Assembly: GCF_963921235.1 (NCBI RefSeq) | Contig: NC_086108.1 | Coordinates: 38,132,001-38,196,000, forward strand | From: Mobula hypostoma | Lineage: Eukaryota | Length of the DNA: 64,000 bases | Reading direction: 5' to 3' | In this document: positions 51,561-62,032 of the stretch, one piece after another | Numbering within the stretch: position 1 is the first letter of the stretch | Layout of the letters: every line of letters starts with the position of its first letter | Made by a program: the position numbers and the translations under genes | The notes under the pieces: model-generated | Seen by the model: the letters and a program-made list of their open reading frames with translations, nothing else | The model's database searches: none | Told to the model about the DNA's origin: nothing

Positions 51561-53688
51561 TACAACTCTGGAGTCTGGCACCTAAAAGATTGGCACTGCA
51601 CCCCTGCATATAGGAGTAAATTTGGGAGCGCTTACAGCAGATCTCCGCCACTGTGCTCGGCGTGGCTACCCGAGTCCCCTCCCGCGGCCCAGGAAAAGCT
51701 TGCCCTCTATGCCTTTGTAAAGGCGCTGATGCCAGAGCACCTTCAGCAGCACGTTTGCCTGACGTCGCCGTCATCGCTGGCCGAGGCAGAGAGAGCAGAA
51801 GCGATCTTAGCCCCCCATCGCCCCGCATGCAGCGAACCCGGGCTCATCTCACCGAGGTGGAGGAGGAAACTGACAAGGAGGAGCCCGTGACACAGGTCCA
51901 GCCAGCGCCGCGCCGACCCCACCAGCGGCCACGAAACGACCTCTGCTACCGGTGCGGTGAGGCAGGTCATTTGGCCCGGGACTGCCCCGCACCGGCACCA
52001 CGCCACAGCTCAGCGCAGCCATCGGGAAACGCCGAGTGGGCAGCACCGCCCGAATCCTCCAGCAGAATCCCTCCATTGTCGGGCCCCTCCGGGTGGGCCA
52101 TTTGTGGGAGGAGCAAAGCTTATACGTGGACTGCATGGTGGAGGAAATCAGATGCCTTGCATTGGTGGACACAGGGTCAACCATCACTATCATCCGTCCT
52201 GGTGTTCTCCCGAACACGGACCAGCCATCCCCGCCTGGGTGGACAATGATGGCGGTCCAACTGGCGATGGTCACCAGTGACTGCGGCGATGCGAGGGAAG
52301 AGGAGGCTGCACATCGCAGTGGACAGAAACGCAGCGGAGCACAAGGTGTGGCTGGCCGACATCCGAGAGTCCTGCATCCTTGGCCTGGACCCGCTGTCCC
52401 GCTGGGGGGCCTGCGAGGACGTGTCGGGGGCAACACTCTCCCTCGGTGACAAAGCCGTGGCTCTCCAACTGGGCAGCTCCAGGAAACGGTCCCAGAAGGA
52501 GCGGCAACCACCATGGGTTTCAAAGCTTCCCGTGACAGTGCAGCACACCTGGCGGCGGCCACATGCCATACAGTTGAGCCGCAGGCAAACGACACTGACG
52601 GCGCTTCGAGTGACATCCAGCTATGACCTCCCCACCGTGGAGCAGCAGCTGTGCAGAGAAAAGGTAAGTGATCCCGTGCCGCCCGGGTGAGGGAATGGCT
52701 GAGTGTGGGACGAAGGCCGGAGTGGGCAGAGGTCTCTGCCCTGGACCCATACTCGCCGTGGGGCACACTGGAGGTCCACGACGGGTTGCTGTTCAGGCAG
52801 TGGCAGTTGTCCGATGGTGACAGACTCTTGCAGCTGGTGGTCCCCCGGGGGCTCCACGCCACGGTTCTGCGGTTGGTGCACAGGCTGGTGGGGGCCGGCC
52901 ATCTCGGAGCTGCAAAGACGTTGGGCAGGCTGCATGAACGCTTCTATTGTCCTGGGTACAGGCAGGACGTGGAGATGATGGTGCACGGCTGCGTAGCTTT
53001 CACGTCCCAGAAGGGACTGGGCCGCCAGTCTGGGGTGCCAATCCAGCAGTACATGGTGGGGGCCCCAGTAAGTGTCTACTGCCCCTCCTGGAAAACGGAC
53101 TATTCCCCCCCAGGCTGGGAGGCACTGGAGGGGGCTAGGAGAGGAGCTCAACCGCATCTCTGATATGGTATATCGGGTGCGGTTGCCTGAGCGACAGAAG
53201 TCACTGTCGACCCACTGTCGACTGTCGACATGCACTGGGACCGGCTTGGCACCGTTTCAGCCCTTGGCCACCACTACCCCAGCGAGGCTGAAGGAAGGAA
53301 GTGACACTCTGGGTGCCCTGCCTCTTGCATTGCAAAATCAGGTGGCAGTGTCCACGTCCGCTGGAACTTTTGGACCTTGCTACGGACTCTGGGGCCACCG
53401 GGGACAGCTGACCCCTCAGGTGGGGACGGTGTGACGTTCCGGGTGGGGGCGTGGTCGACAGCCTGCCTCTGCAGTTCTAACGACCAGCACTGTTTGCTGT
53501 TCTTGTGTTAAAATGTTTTACTGGGATTATGGTGGGAAGTTCCAGTTCGTTTATTGTTACATTTTAGCTTGGGTTATACAGTTATTTGCTTGTGTACTTG
53601 TGGGTCACCCTGACTGTAACTGGGGTGTGTGATGGTCACCTCCCCCATCTGTATGAGACTGGTTGGGTTCACTCTTCGAGTCATGGTA

Positions 53689-55013
53689 CAGGTTTCCCCC
53701 GCCATCCAAAGGCAGAGCGTTCCTATGAAACGGTTTGTAAGCCGGAATGTTGTAAAGCGAAGAAGCAATTACCATTTACTTATATGGGAAAAATTTTTGA
53801 GCGTTCGCAGACTTAAAAATAACCTACTAAATCATGCCAAATAACACATAAAACCTAAAGTAACAGTAACATATAGTAAAAACAGGAATGATATGATAAA
53901 TGCAAGCCTATGTAAAGTAGAAATATTTCTCTACTATCATTGCCGCACTGTGCTCCGTAGCGAAAATCTCACGCAAGCACTCTCGGCAGAAACACTTTCT
54001 CCAGTAACCTTTAAACTATGAAGCTGCCAAATCATACCAAATAACGCATAAAAATACACAGCCTATATAAAGTAGAAATAATGTATGTACAGTGTCGTAT
54101 CACTTACGGGAATCGGGACAGCACCGAGCACACTGATGGTGGTGTTATGTTGAGCTGTCAGAGGTTGGGGTGGTGCAGTGGCCCCCCCACCCTCCAGGCC
54201 GCCAACCGATACCGATTGGCGAAGAATGCAGGGGTACAGCGGTAGCCGGGATGCACCCAGCATGTCTTTAAGAAAAAAGCCGAAATAAACAGGCTAATTA
54301 ATTAGGTGCCGCATGACACGTAATTAATTAGCTTGTTTATTTTGGCCTTTTTCATAAAAAAGATGTGCTGGGTGCGTCCCGGCTACCGCTGCAACATATC
54401 GGTCCGCGGCCTGGGGGTTGGGGTGGTGGGACACTGGGGTGTCATCTCATCATCGTCTCTTTCCATTAGGCCAGGCAGGTCATCTTCTATGTCTGCCTGC
54501 CTCGATGTCGAAGATCGAGGTTCGTCGTCTGCTGTGGCCGATGTGGAAGGCTTGCTTGACTGCTTAGCCTCGTGCATACAGTTCTTTGTAAGCACTCAAA
54601 CGATCTTGGAAATATATTCTAAACCGACGTAGCCTTTCAAAATTAAAGTCGTACTTTATCATGCCAAAATCTCTTCAACATCATCTTCGTCAACTTCCAC
54701 AAGCCAAACTCACGTTGTCCTTGCTTTGTTCACCATGATCGAAACACTTAACTATGTCTAGTTTTAGTGTAACACCCTTATGAGCTCTTTTAGGCTTTCC
54801 GATACCTTAGGACTCACCTGCTAATGGCTGCTCACAGGCAAGTGTTTAAGCAATGCCGGCGAGAATGCAGTTCCAAATCCGGGGGAGGAGCCGCTGCTCG
54901 GAGCACGCGTAACAGTGAAAACACCTTCCGTTAGCGAAAACAGGGAACTAATGTAGGTCTTTCGCAACAGTGAGGTTTCGTAAAGCAAACGTTCATAAAG
55001 CGGGGGACACCTG
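53689..55013. mobile_element. Tigger/pogo-like non-autonomous DNA transposon in the 3' LTR
   Basis: TA-caggtttcccccgc ... gcgggggacacctg-TA (13/14 TIR); removing it restores colinearity with the 5' LTR. Confidence 0.82.
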
Positions 55014-55448
55014 TACCTGGTCTGTTTGTGTCTATCGCAATAAAACTGTTGAGTTAAAGAGCTTCCTCATCTGTCATTATGGACTAAATGCTCCAGCCAG
55101 AGAGAGAGAGAACAGCATTCATTAACCTGCTTCTGTACTTGTATAGATGTTTTTATGACCCCATAGTGTTATACGCACAGATAAAAAAATTATTTTCCAA
55201 GAATGGTTACGGTGGGGAAAATGGTTTGCATAGCAATGGATTTTTCAATAGATCCACAACTACTGAGAGATAACCATCATATTTTAGATTATATTGATTA
55301 TGGCACAGATATCAGCCAAGATACAGGAAATATTTCCCTTTGAAAATAATACCATGGGATTTCTTGTTGATACATGAGTGAACAGACAGTGTCTTTGGAC
55401 AAAGAGAGAGAGAGAGAGATGCATTCTATATTGAGCTAAGCATAGAGG

Positions 55449-55683
55449 AGTGCAGTGTAATTAATATTTGAGTAATATTGTAAATTTTTGTTTGATTAGC
55501 ATTATTGTTTATATAATTCATTGTGGGTTATACGTAAAAGTACGTGAATGGCATATGTCATTATGCCACTACGTCATCAGAGTGCACCTCACTAAAAGTA
55601 AAAACTGAACCTAGGACACATTATCCTCAGCTCCATGTTTTTCTTTCAATTAATTTTATGTTTTGGATTTACAAAACATAACT
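55449..55683 (+). repeat. LTR similar to 38418-38667 (probable 3' LTR of old Gypsy)
   Basis: Shared ggttata.gtaaaagta.gtgaatggcata, cctcacta.aagt.aaaa, tttttctttc.att.atttta.gtttt. Confidence 0.72.
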
Positions 55684-56869
55684 CATACTATTCCTGCTTC
55701 CATGGACACAGGATCAGAATTCATTCTGACATATTTATTGCATTTAACAAAACAACAGCATCCAATATGTCATCAGGCTAAACCCAATTCAAAACTAATT
55801 TGGTCAAAAGATTTGCCAACCTCAGCATCATCTACGTTGTAAAATCAGCTACAGGAAAGGTTGTCCAAGATCAGTTGATCATCTCACCACTACTTGTCCT
55901 CACAAAATAATAACTGAGAAATTGGTTTTGTTTCCAAAATCAGATGCAAATACAGTAGTGAATTAAATGTTTGTCACCAGATCTCACTGGCCTAAGGCCC
56001 AAATGAAAATGGAATTTGGAACTCATTTCCATTCAATAGGCAAGCTTTGGCAACTGATTGTTGCCCAGGAGCTGTTCAAATCCCAGTAACTTTAGTATCA
56101 GGTCACTGAATTGGAGAAATCATTACAGAAGTAGATCAGCCCTTCAACTCCGTGAGCACTAATCAGGTCAGAGCTAACCAGTGCTTCAATGCTATTTACT
56201 AGCCTTTGTCGAATATCCCTTGATAACTTAAAGAAAAGCGTTCTTCAATTTTTCTTCCAAGAATTTCAATTGACCTCATATTCACATTATTATGCAGAGG
56301 GCAAGTTCTAGATTTCAATGCTTAATAAAAGAATTATTTTCAATTTTCACTACCGTCTGATTTTCTATTCACCTCCAGCAGAAACTGTTCCACTGCATTG
56401 ATTAAGTTGCATCACTCAAAAATTGAGTGAATCACCCTTAATATATTCTAAAATGAAGGAACAGAAACAATATTTTATGCAAACATTCCTCATAATAGTT
56501 TCAGCCCCATGTGTTTTCTAGGGTCATTCGCCATCCATGCTTAATAAATATGGCTTAGTAAATGCTTAAAGTGAATCCTGAAACTAAAATAATCATTTAG
56601 CAATAAAAGAGCCTTTGAAACTAGTTCTGGCAAAAGCCCATAACTAGATTAATTATTCTTCCTGTACTCTCTCCATGGAGTTGGCGGAAATTAGTGGAAA
56701 AGCTGTTTCTAGCATTATTAGTTATACTTTCTCATTTTCCACATTTTATACTGGTTGCAAATTATGGAACCAAAGAATTGTAGAAAAGTAGCAGAGAAGG
56801 CCTACAGTTGTGTTACCCAATTAATCCCATACATAGACTTATAATTATTTTTCTTTACAAGTCTTTGGG

Positions 56870-56989
56870 ATTGGAATTGGTTTATTATTGTCACATGTAC
56901 CAAGGTACAGTGAGAAACCTACTTTTACATGCCATCCATAAAAATAATTTCATCACATCGTGCATTTGAGTTAGTATAAGGTAAAACAA

Positions 56990-57021
<32 letters not shown>

Positions 57022-57471
57022 GGGGGGGGCGGGGAGGGGGTGGTGGTTGGGGTTAGTTTGATGTTCTTGTAGTTCACCAAGTTGTTTTTTTTAAGCCATT
57101 GCTCAATTTAAATTTGGTGAGATTTGGGTTGGGATTTAATGTTCTCATAGTTCACCCAATTTGTTTTACTGCAGGGCAGGTGGGAGAGAGGGTTGTTGCT
57201 CTTGATGTGCAATCTAATTTGGGGTGATTCTTAAGTGCTTTGTATGGGGAGGGGGGTTGATGGATTTTTCAAACTTCTATAGTTTTCTTGTTTCATGGCT
57301 ATCTGGAGAAGATGAATCTCAGAGTTGAATATGACATACATATTTTGATTACAAATGAATCTTTGAACAATAACATAATATAGAGTAAAGAGCAACAGGT
57401 ACAAAGAAAGTGCAACAATAAACTTCAAAATCAGAATGAAGTATATTATGAGGTCAGCAGTCCATCTTATT
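56870..57471 (-). mobile_element. Decayed LINE 3' end (host of the CR1), containing (TG)n at 56994-57020 and a further small insert
   Basis: Similar to 16560-16780; continues at 60037-60470. Confidence 0.5.
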
Positions 57472-60036
57472 AAACATAGAACATAGAATAGTACAGCAAA
57501 GTACAGGCCCTTCGGCCCACAATGTTGTGCCGACCCTCAAACCCTGCCTCCCATATAAGTCCCCACCTTAAATTCCTCCACATACCTGTCTAGTAGTCTC
57601 TTAAACTTCACTAGTGTATCTACCTCCACCACTGACTCAGGCAGTGCATTCCACGCACCAACCACTCTCCGAGTAAAAAACCTTCCTCTAATATCCCCCT
57701 TGAACTTCCCACCCCTTACCTTAAAGCCATGTCCTCTTGTATTGAGCAGTGGTGCCCTGGGGAAGAGGCGCTGGCTATCCACTCTATCTATTCCTCTTAT
57801 TATCTTGTACACCTCTATCATGTCTCCTCTTATCCTCCTTCTCTCCAAAGAGTAAAGCCCTAGCTCCCTCAATCTCTGATCATAATGCATACTTTCTAAA
57901 CCAGGCAGCATCCTGGTAAATCTCCTCTGTACCCTTTCCAATGCTTCCACATCCTTCCTATAGTGAGGTGACCAGAACTGGACGCAGTACTCCAAATGTG
58001 GCCTAACCAGAGTTTTATAGAGCTGCACCATTACATCGCGACTCTTAAACTCTATCCCTCGACTTATGAAAGCTAACACCCCATAAGCTTTCTTAACTAC
58101 CCTATCCACCTGTGAGGCAACTTTCAGGGATCTGTGGACATGTACCTCGAGATCCCTCTGCTCCTCCACACTCCCAAGTATCCTGCCACTTACTTTGTAC
58201 TCTGCCTTGGAGTTTGTCCTTCCAAAGTGTACCACCTCACACTTCTCCGGGTTGAACTCCATCTGCCACTTCTCAGCCCACTTCTGCATACTATCAATGT
58301 CTCTCTGCAATCTTTGACAATCCTCTACACTATCTACAACACCACCAACCTTTGTGTCGTCTCAAACTTGCCAACCCACCCTTCTACCCCTACATCCAGA
58401 CCGTTAATAAAAATCACGAAAAGTAAAGGTCCTAGAACAGATCCTTGTGGGACACCACTAGTCACCATCCTCCAATCTGAATGTACTCCCTCCACCACCA
58501 CCCTCTGCCTTCTGCAGGAAAGCCAATTCTGAATCCACCTGGCCAAACTTCCCTGGATCCCATGCCTTCTAACTTTCTGAATAAGCCTACCGTGTGGAAC
58601 CTTGTCAAATGCCTTACTAAAATCCATATAGATCACATCCACTACACTACCCTCATCTATATGCCTGGTTACCTCCTCAAAGAACTCTATCAGGCTTGTA
58701 GACACGATCTGCCCTTCACAAAGCCATGCTGACTGTCCCTGATCAGACCATGATTCTCTAAATGCCTATAGATCCTATCTCTAAGAATCTTTTCCAACAG
58801 CTTTCCCACCACAGACGTAAGGCTCACTGGTCTATAATTACCCGGACTATCCCTACTAACTTTTTTGAACAAGGGAACAACATTTGCCTCCCTCCAGTCC
58901 TCCGGTACCATTCCCGTGGACAACGAGGACATAAAGATCCTAGCCAGAGGCTCAGCAATCTCTTCTCTCGCCTCGTGGAGCAGCCTGGGGAATATTACGT
59001 CAGGCCCCAGGAACTTATCTGTCCTAATGTATTTTATCAACTCCAACACCTCCTCTCCCTTAATATCAACATGCTCCAGAACATCAACCTCACTCATATT
59101 GTCCTCACCATCATCAAGTTCCCTCTCATTGGTGAATACCGAAGAGAAGTATTCATTGAGGACCTCGCTCACTTCCACAGCCTCCAGGCACATCTTCCCA
59201 CCTTTATCTCTAATCGGTCCTACCTTCACTCCTGTCATCCTTTTTTTCTTCACATAATTGAAAAATGCCTTGGGGTTTTCCTTTACCCTACTCGCCAAAG
59301 CCTTCTCATGCCCCCTTCTTGCTCTTCTCAGCCCCTTCTTAAGCTCCTTTCTTGCTTCCCTATATTCCTCAATAGACCCATCTGATCCTTGCTTCCTATA
59401 CCTCATGTATGCTGCCTTCTTCCACCTGACTTGATTTTCCACCTCACTTGTCACCCATGGTTCCTTCACCCTACCATTCTTTATCTTCCTCACCGGGACA
59501 AATTTATCCCTTACATCCCGCAAGAGATCTCTAAACATCTACCACATGTCCATAGTACATTTCCCTGCAAAAATATCATCCCAATTCACACCCGCAAATT
59601 CTAGCCTTATAGCCTCATAATTTGCCTTTCCCCAATTAAAAATGTTCCTGTCCTCTTTGATTCTATCCTTTTCCATGATAATGCTAAAGGCCAGGGAGCG
59701 GTGGTCACTGTCCCCCAGATGCTCACCCACTGGGAGATCTGTGACCTGACCCGGTTCATTACCTAGTACTAGATCTAGTATGGCATTCCCCCTGGTCGGC
59801 CTGTCCACATACTGTGACTGGAATCCATCCTGGACACACTTAACAAACTCTGCCCCATCTAAACCCTTGGAACTAATCAGGTGCCAATCAATATTAGGGA
59901 AGTTAAAGTCACCCATGATAACAAACCTGTTATTTTTGCACCTTTCGAAAATCTGCCTCCCAATCTGCTCCTCTATATTTCTGCTGTTACCAGGGGGCCT
60001 ATAGAATACCCCCAGTAGAGTAACTGCTCCCTTCCT
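57472..60036 (-). mobile_element. Young CR1-clade LINE, 5'-truncated within the endonuclease
   Basis: Long ORF2 pieces (MGDFNFPNIDW, LGDSDH; NYRPVSLTSVVGK; YMDFSKAFDKVPH, GVPQGSVLGP; YCVQFWSP) with few frameshifts; tail (ttctatg)n at 57472-57490. Confidence 0.95.
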
Positions 60037-61826
60037 ATTGTACTAGGGAACTATATAATTGTTTTATTGCTTTGGATAGAAGCTATCTTTATGTCTGATG
60101 GTACATGCTTTCAGATTTTTCTATCTTCTTCCCATTGGGAGAGTGGAGAATAGAGAATATCTGGGGGCGGTTGGAGGCTTTCATTATGATTACTGCTGAA
60201 CTGAGGCAGCGTAAAGTATAGATCACGGAGAGAAGGCTGGTTTTGTGATGTGCAGAACTGTGTTATCATCTCTCTACAGTATCTCATGGTCACAGGTAGA
60301 GCAGTTGCCATATCAAACTATGATATCTCCAGATAGGCTGCTTTACATAGTGCCTTGGTAAAAATTAGTAAAGATCGACTAGGACATGCCAATTGTCTTC
60401 AGCCTGCTGAGGATGTACTGTAGAAGCATATGTAATCTCTCTTGACTATGGCATTGATGCATCTAGATCCGTACAGAACCAATGATAGCTGCTTTCAATA
60501 TTAGATTGTTCAATGTCTGTGGAGCTGGAGATGTGAATGAGTTGGATACAGTTTCCTGTGGTCTTTATACTCCAGTTTTAAAAAGCAAGTAAGGCCCTTC
60601 GGGATGTTCTGCAGAGTGGAAAATTGCTTGCGATAATAGTAACTTAGTAATGGCCAATAAAAAGAAGATAAGTTTAAGCAGAGCACCCGTTATTGGGGTG
60701 GCAATTGCTTGAGTGGACAGTGTTAGAGTGGTCAGGCTTTCGTTCAGCTAGCTTGGGTGAGAACTGGCAGAGGCTAGAACATAAGCTTGAGAAGTTAGAG
60801 GTTTAATAAGTGTAGGCAGGTGTCATCCGGAGGGCGTTGAAGGCGGACCCAAATGCAAGACACAGACACTGAAGTACTGGGAACTGGACTGGACACAGAC
60901 TAGGAGCTGGGACAGGAACACAGACTTAGGCTAGGAAAGCAGGACAGGACGAGGAACTGGAAACTAGGAGCCTGGGTTTGGACTCCGAGCCAGAGACTGG
61001 ACAAGGACCCAGTACCTGGGTCTTGACTCGGGCTCGGACCCCGGAACTAGGCGAGGACATGGCGTGGCTACAGGTCTGGACATGGCTTGGGTTCTTCAAG
61101 GCTTGGCTACTGGACTAGATGAGGCTTGGGTTCTTCGAGGTTTGGCTGCAGGACTAGACGAGGTTTGGGTTCTTCGAGGCTTGGCTGCAGGACTAGATGA
61201 GACTAGGGTATGAACAGGGACGGGGCAAGGACCCAGAACCTGGGTTTTGACTCGGCCTTGGACTCCGGAACTAAGCGAAGACATGACGTGGCTACTGAAC
61301 TAGATGAGGCTTGGATTCTTTGAGGCTTTCCTGGGCAGGACGAGGAACTCCTTCTTGGGACACAGGGCCAGGACCCTTCCTTGGACGCCGGGCCGGAATG
61401 CCTACTAGGATGCGAGACCAGGATGACTGCCGAGGTAAACCGCCGAGGAAACTGTCAGGGATTCAGATGGAGAGGAGAAGGAAACAGACCAGCCTCAGGG
61501 TAACAGCAAAGATGGCATGACTTACCCAACAGAGGCGAGGACAGGAAGGGACAGATCCAACCGTAGGGTAACGGCAAGGACGGCCTGACTTACCCCCACG
61601 GAGGCAAGGACAGGAAAGGACAGATCCAACCACAAGGTAATAGTAAAAACAGCCTGACTTACCCCACAAAGGCAAGAACAGGAAGGGAGCACAATCTGGG
61701 GTGGCTCCAATTTTCGGGGCAGCCAGCAACCTTGGCTGGTTACGGAAACAGCCAAATCCATGTCTAGCTCGGAGTGGCAGACGGCCACTCAGCTGGCCTC
61801 AGAAACGACCGAATCCATACCATGAT

Positions 61827-62032
61827 CAAAGTTGCTGGTGAACGCAGCAGGCCAGGCAGCATCTGTAGGAAGAGGTGCAGTCGACGTTTCAGGCCGAGAC
61901 CCTTCATCAGGACCCCCTGGCCTGAAACGTCGACTGCACCTCTTCCTACAGATGCTGCCTGGCCTGCTGCGTTCACCAGCAACTTTGATGTGTGTTGCTT
62001 GAATTTCCAGCATCTGCAGAATTCCTGTTGTT
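61827..62032. mobile_element. 206-bp Penelope-derived palindromic insertion
   Basis: Perfect 71-bp arms 61825-61895 / 61919-61989; 13-bp TSD tccataccatgat (61814-61826 / 62033-62045). Confidence 0.92.
61879..61914 (-). ncRNA. Minimal hammerhead ribozyme motif (Penelope type)
   Basis: GGTC-CTGATGA-AGGGTCTCGGCCT-GAAA-CGTC-GACT. Confidence 0.65.

Larger units (their letters stand above)
47595..51606 (+). mobile_element. hAT DNA transposon (about 4 kb) with decayed transposase
   Basis: TIR caggggtggagtgc / gcactgcacccctg (13/14); 8-bp TSD cgtatggg / catatagg (6/8); host gag frame resumes after it. Confidence 0.88.
43186..55099 (+). mobile_element. Non-autonomous Gypsy-type LTR element (gag-PR-partial IN, no RT/RH), carrying nested inserts
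   Basis: 5' LTR 43186-43458 + about 46968-47029; PBS tggtgccaagagtgggat (47031-47048, tRNA-Leu-like); gag split by hAT; CYRCGEAGHLARDC; LVDTGSTITII; GAGHLG..KT IN zinc domain; PPT 53418-53429; 3' LTR 53430-53688 + 55016-55099. Confidence 0.88.
38418..55683 (+). mobile_element. Old, decayed Gypsy LTR retrotransposon hosting a ~12-kb nest in its 3' region
   Basis: 5' LTR about 38418-38667 followed by tggtgac PBS-like site; gag (EPKPLLIAE, CRKCNKAGH), PR (MELDTGSAV), RT mostly deleted, RH (DREVLSLIWSVK), IN (PWQQINVDFARPF) to about 43100; similar LTR at about 55449-55683 behind a purine tract. Pairing of the two LTRs is inferred; TSD not confirmed. Confidence 0.7.

Noticed and set aside
51547..53434. 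Dense cluster of overlapping ORFs on both strands
   Set aside because: Expected in GC-rich decayed gag/pol sequence; only the CCHC, PR and IN frames have motifs
60036..60039. TSD 'tatt' for the young CR1
   Set aside because: Too short and may belong to the element itself (microhomology)
61084..61690. 39-bp and about 68-bp repeats resembling a CRISPR array
   Set aside because: Head-to-tail units with no unique spacers, no cas genes, inside a eukaryotic LTR
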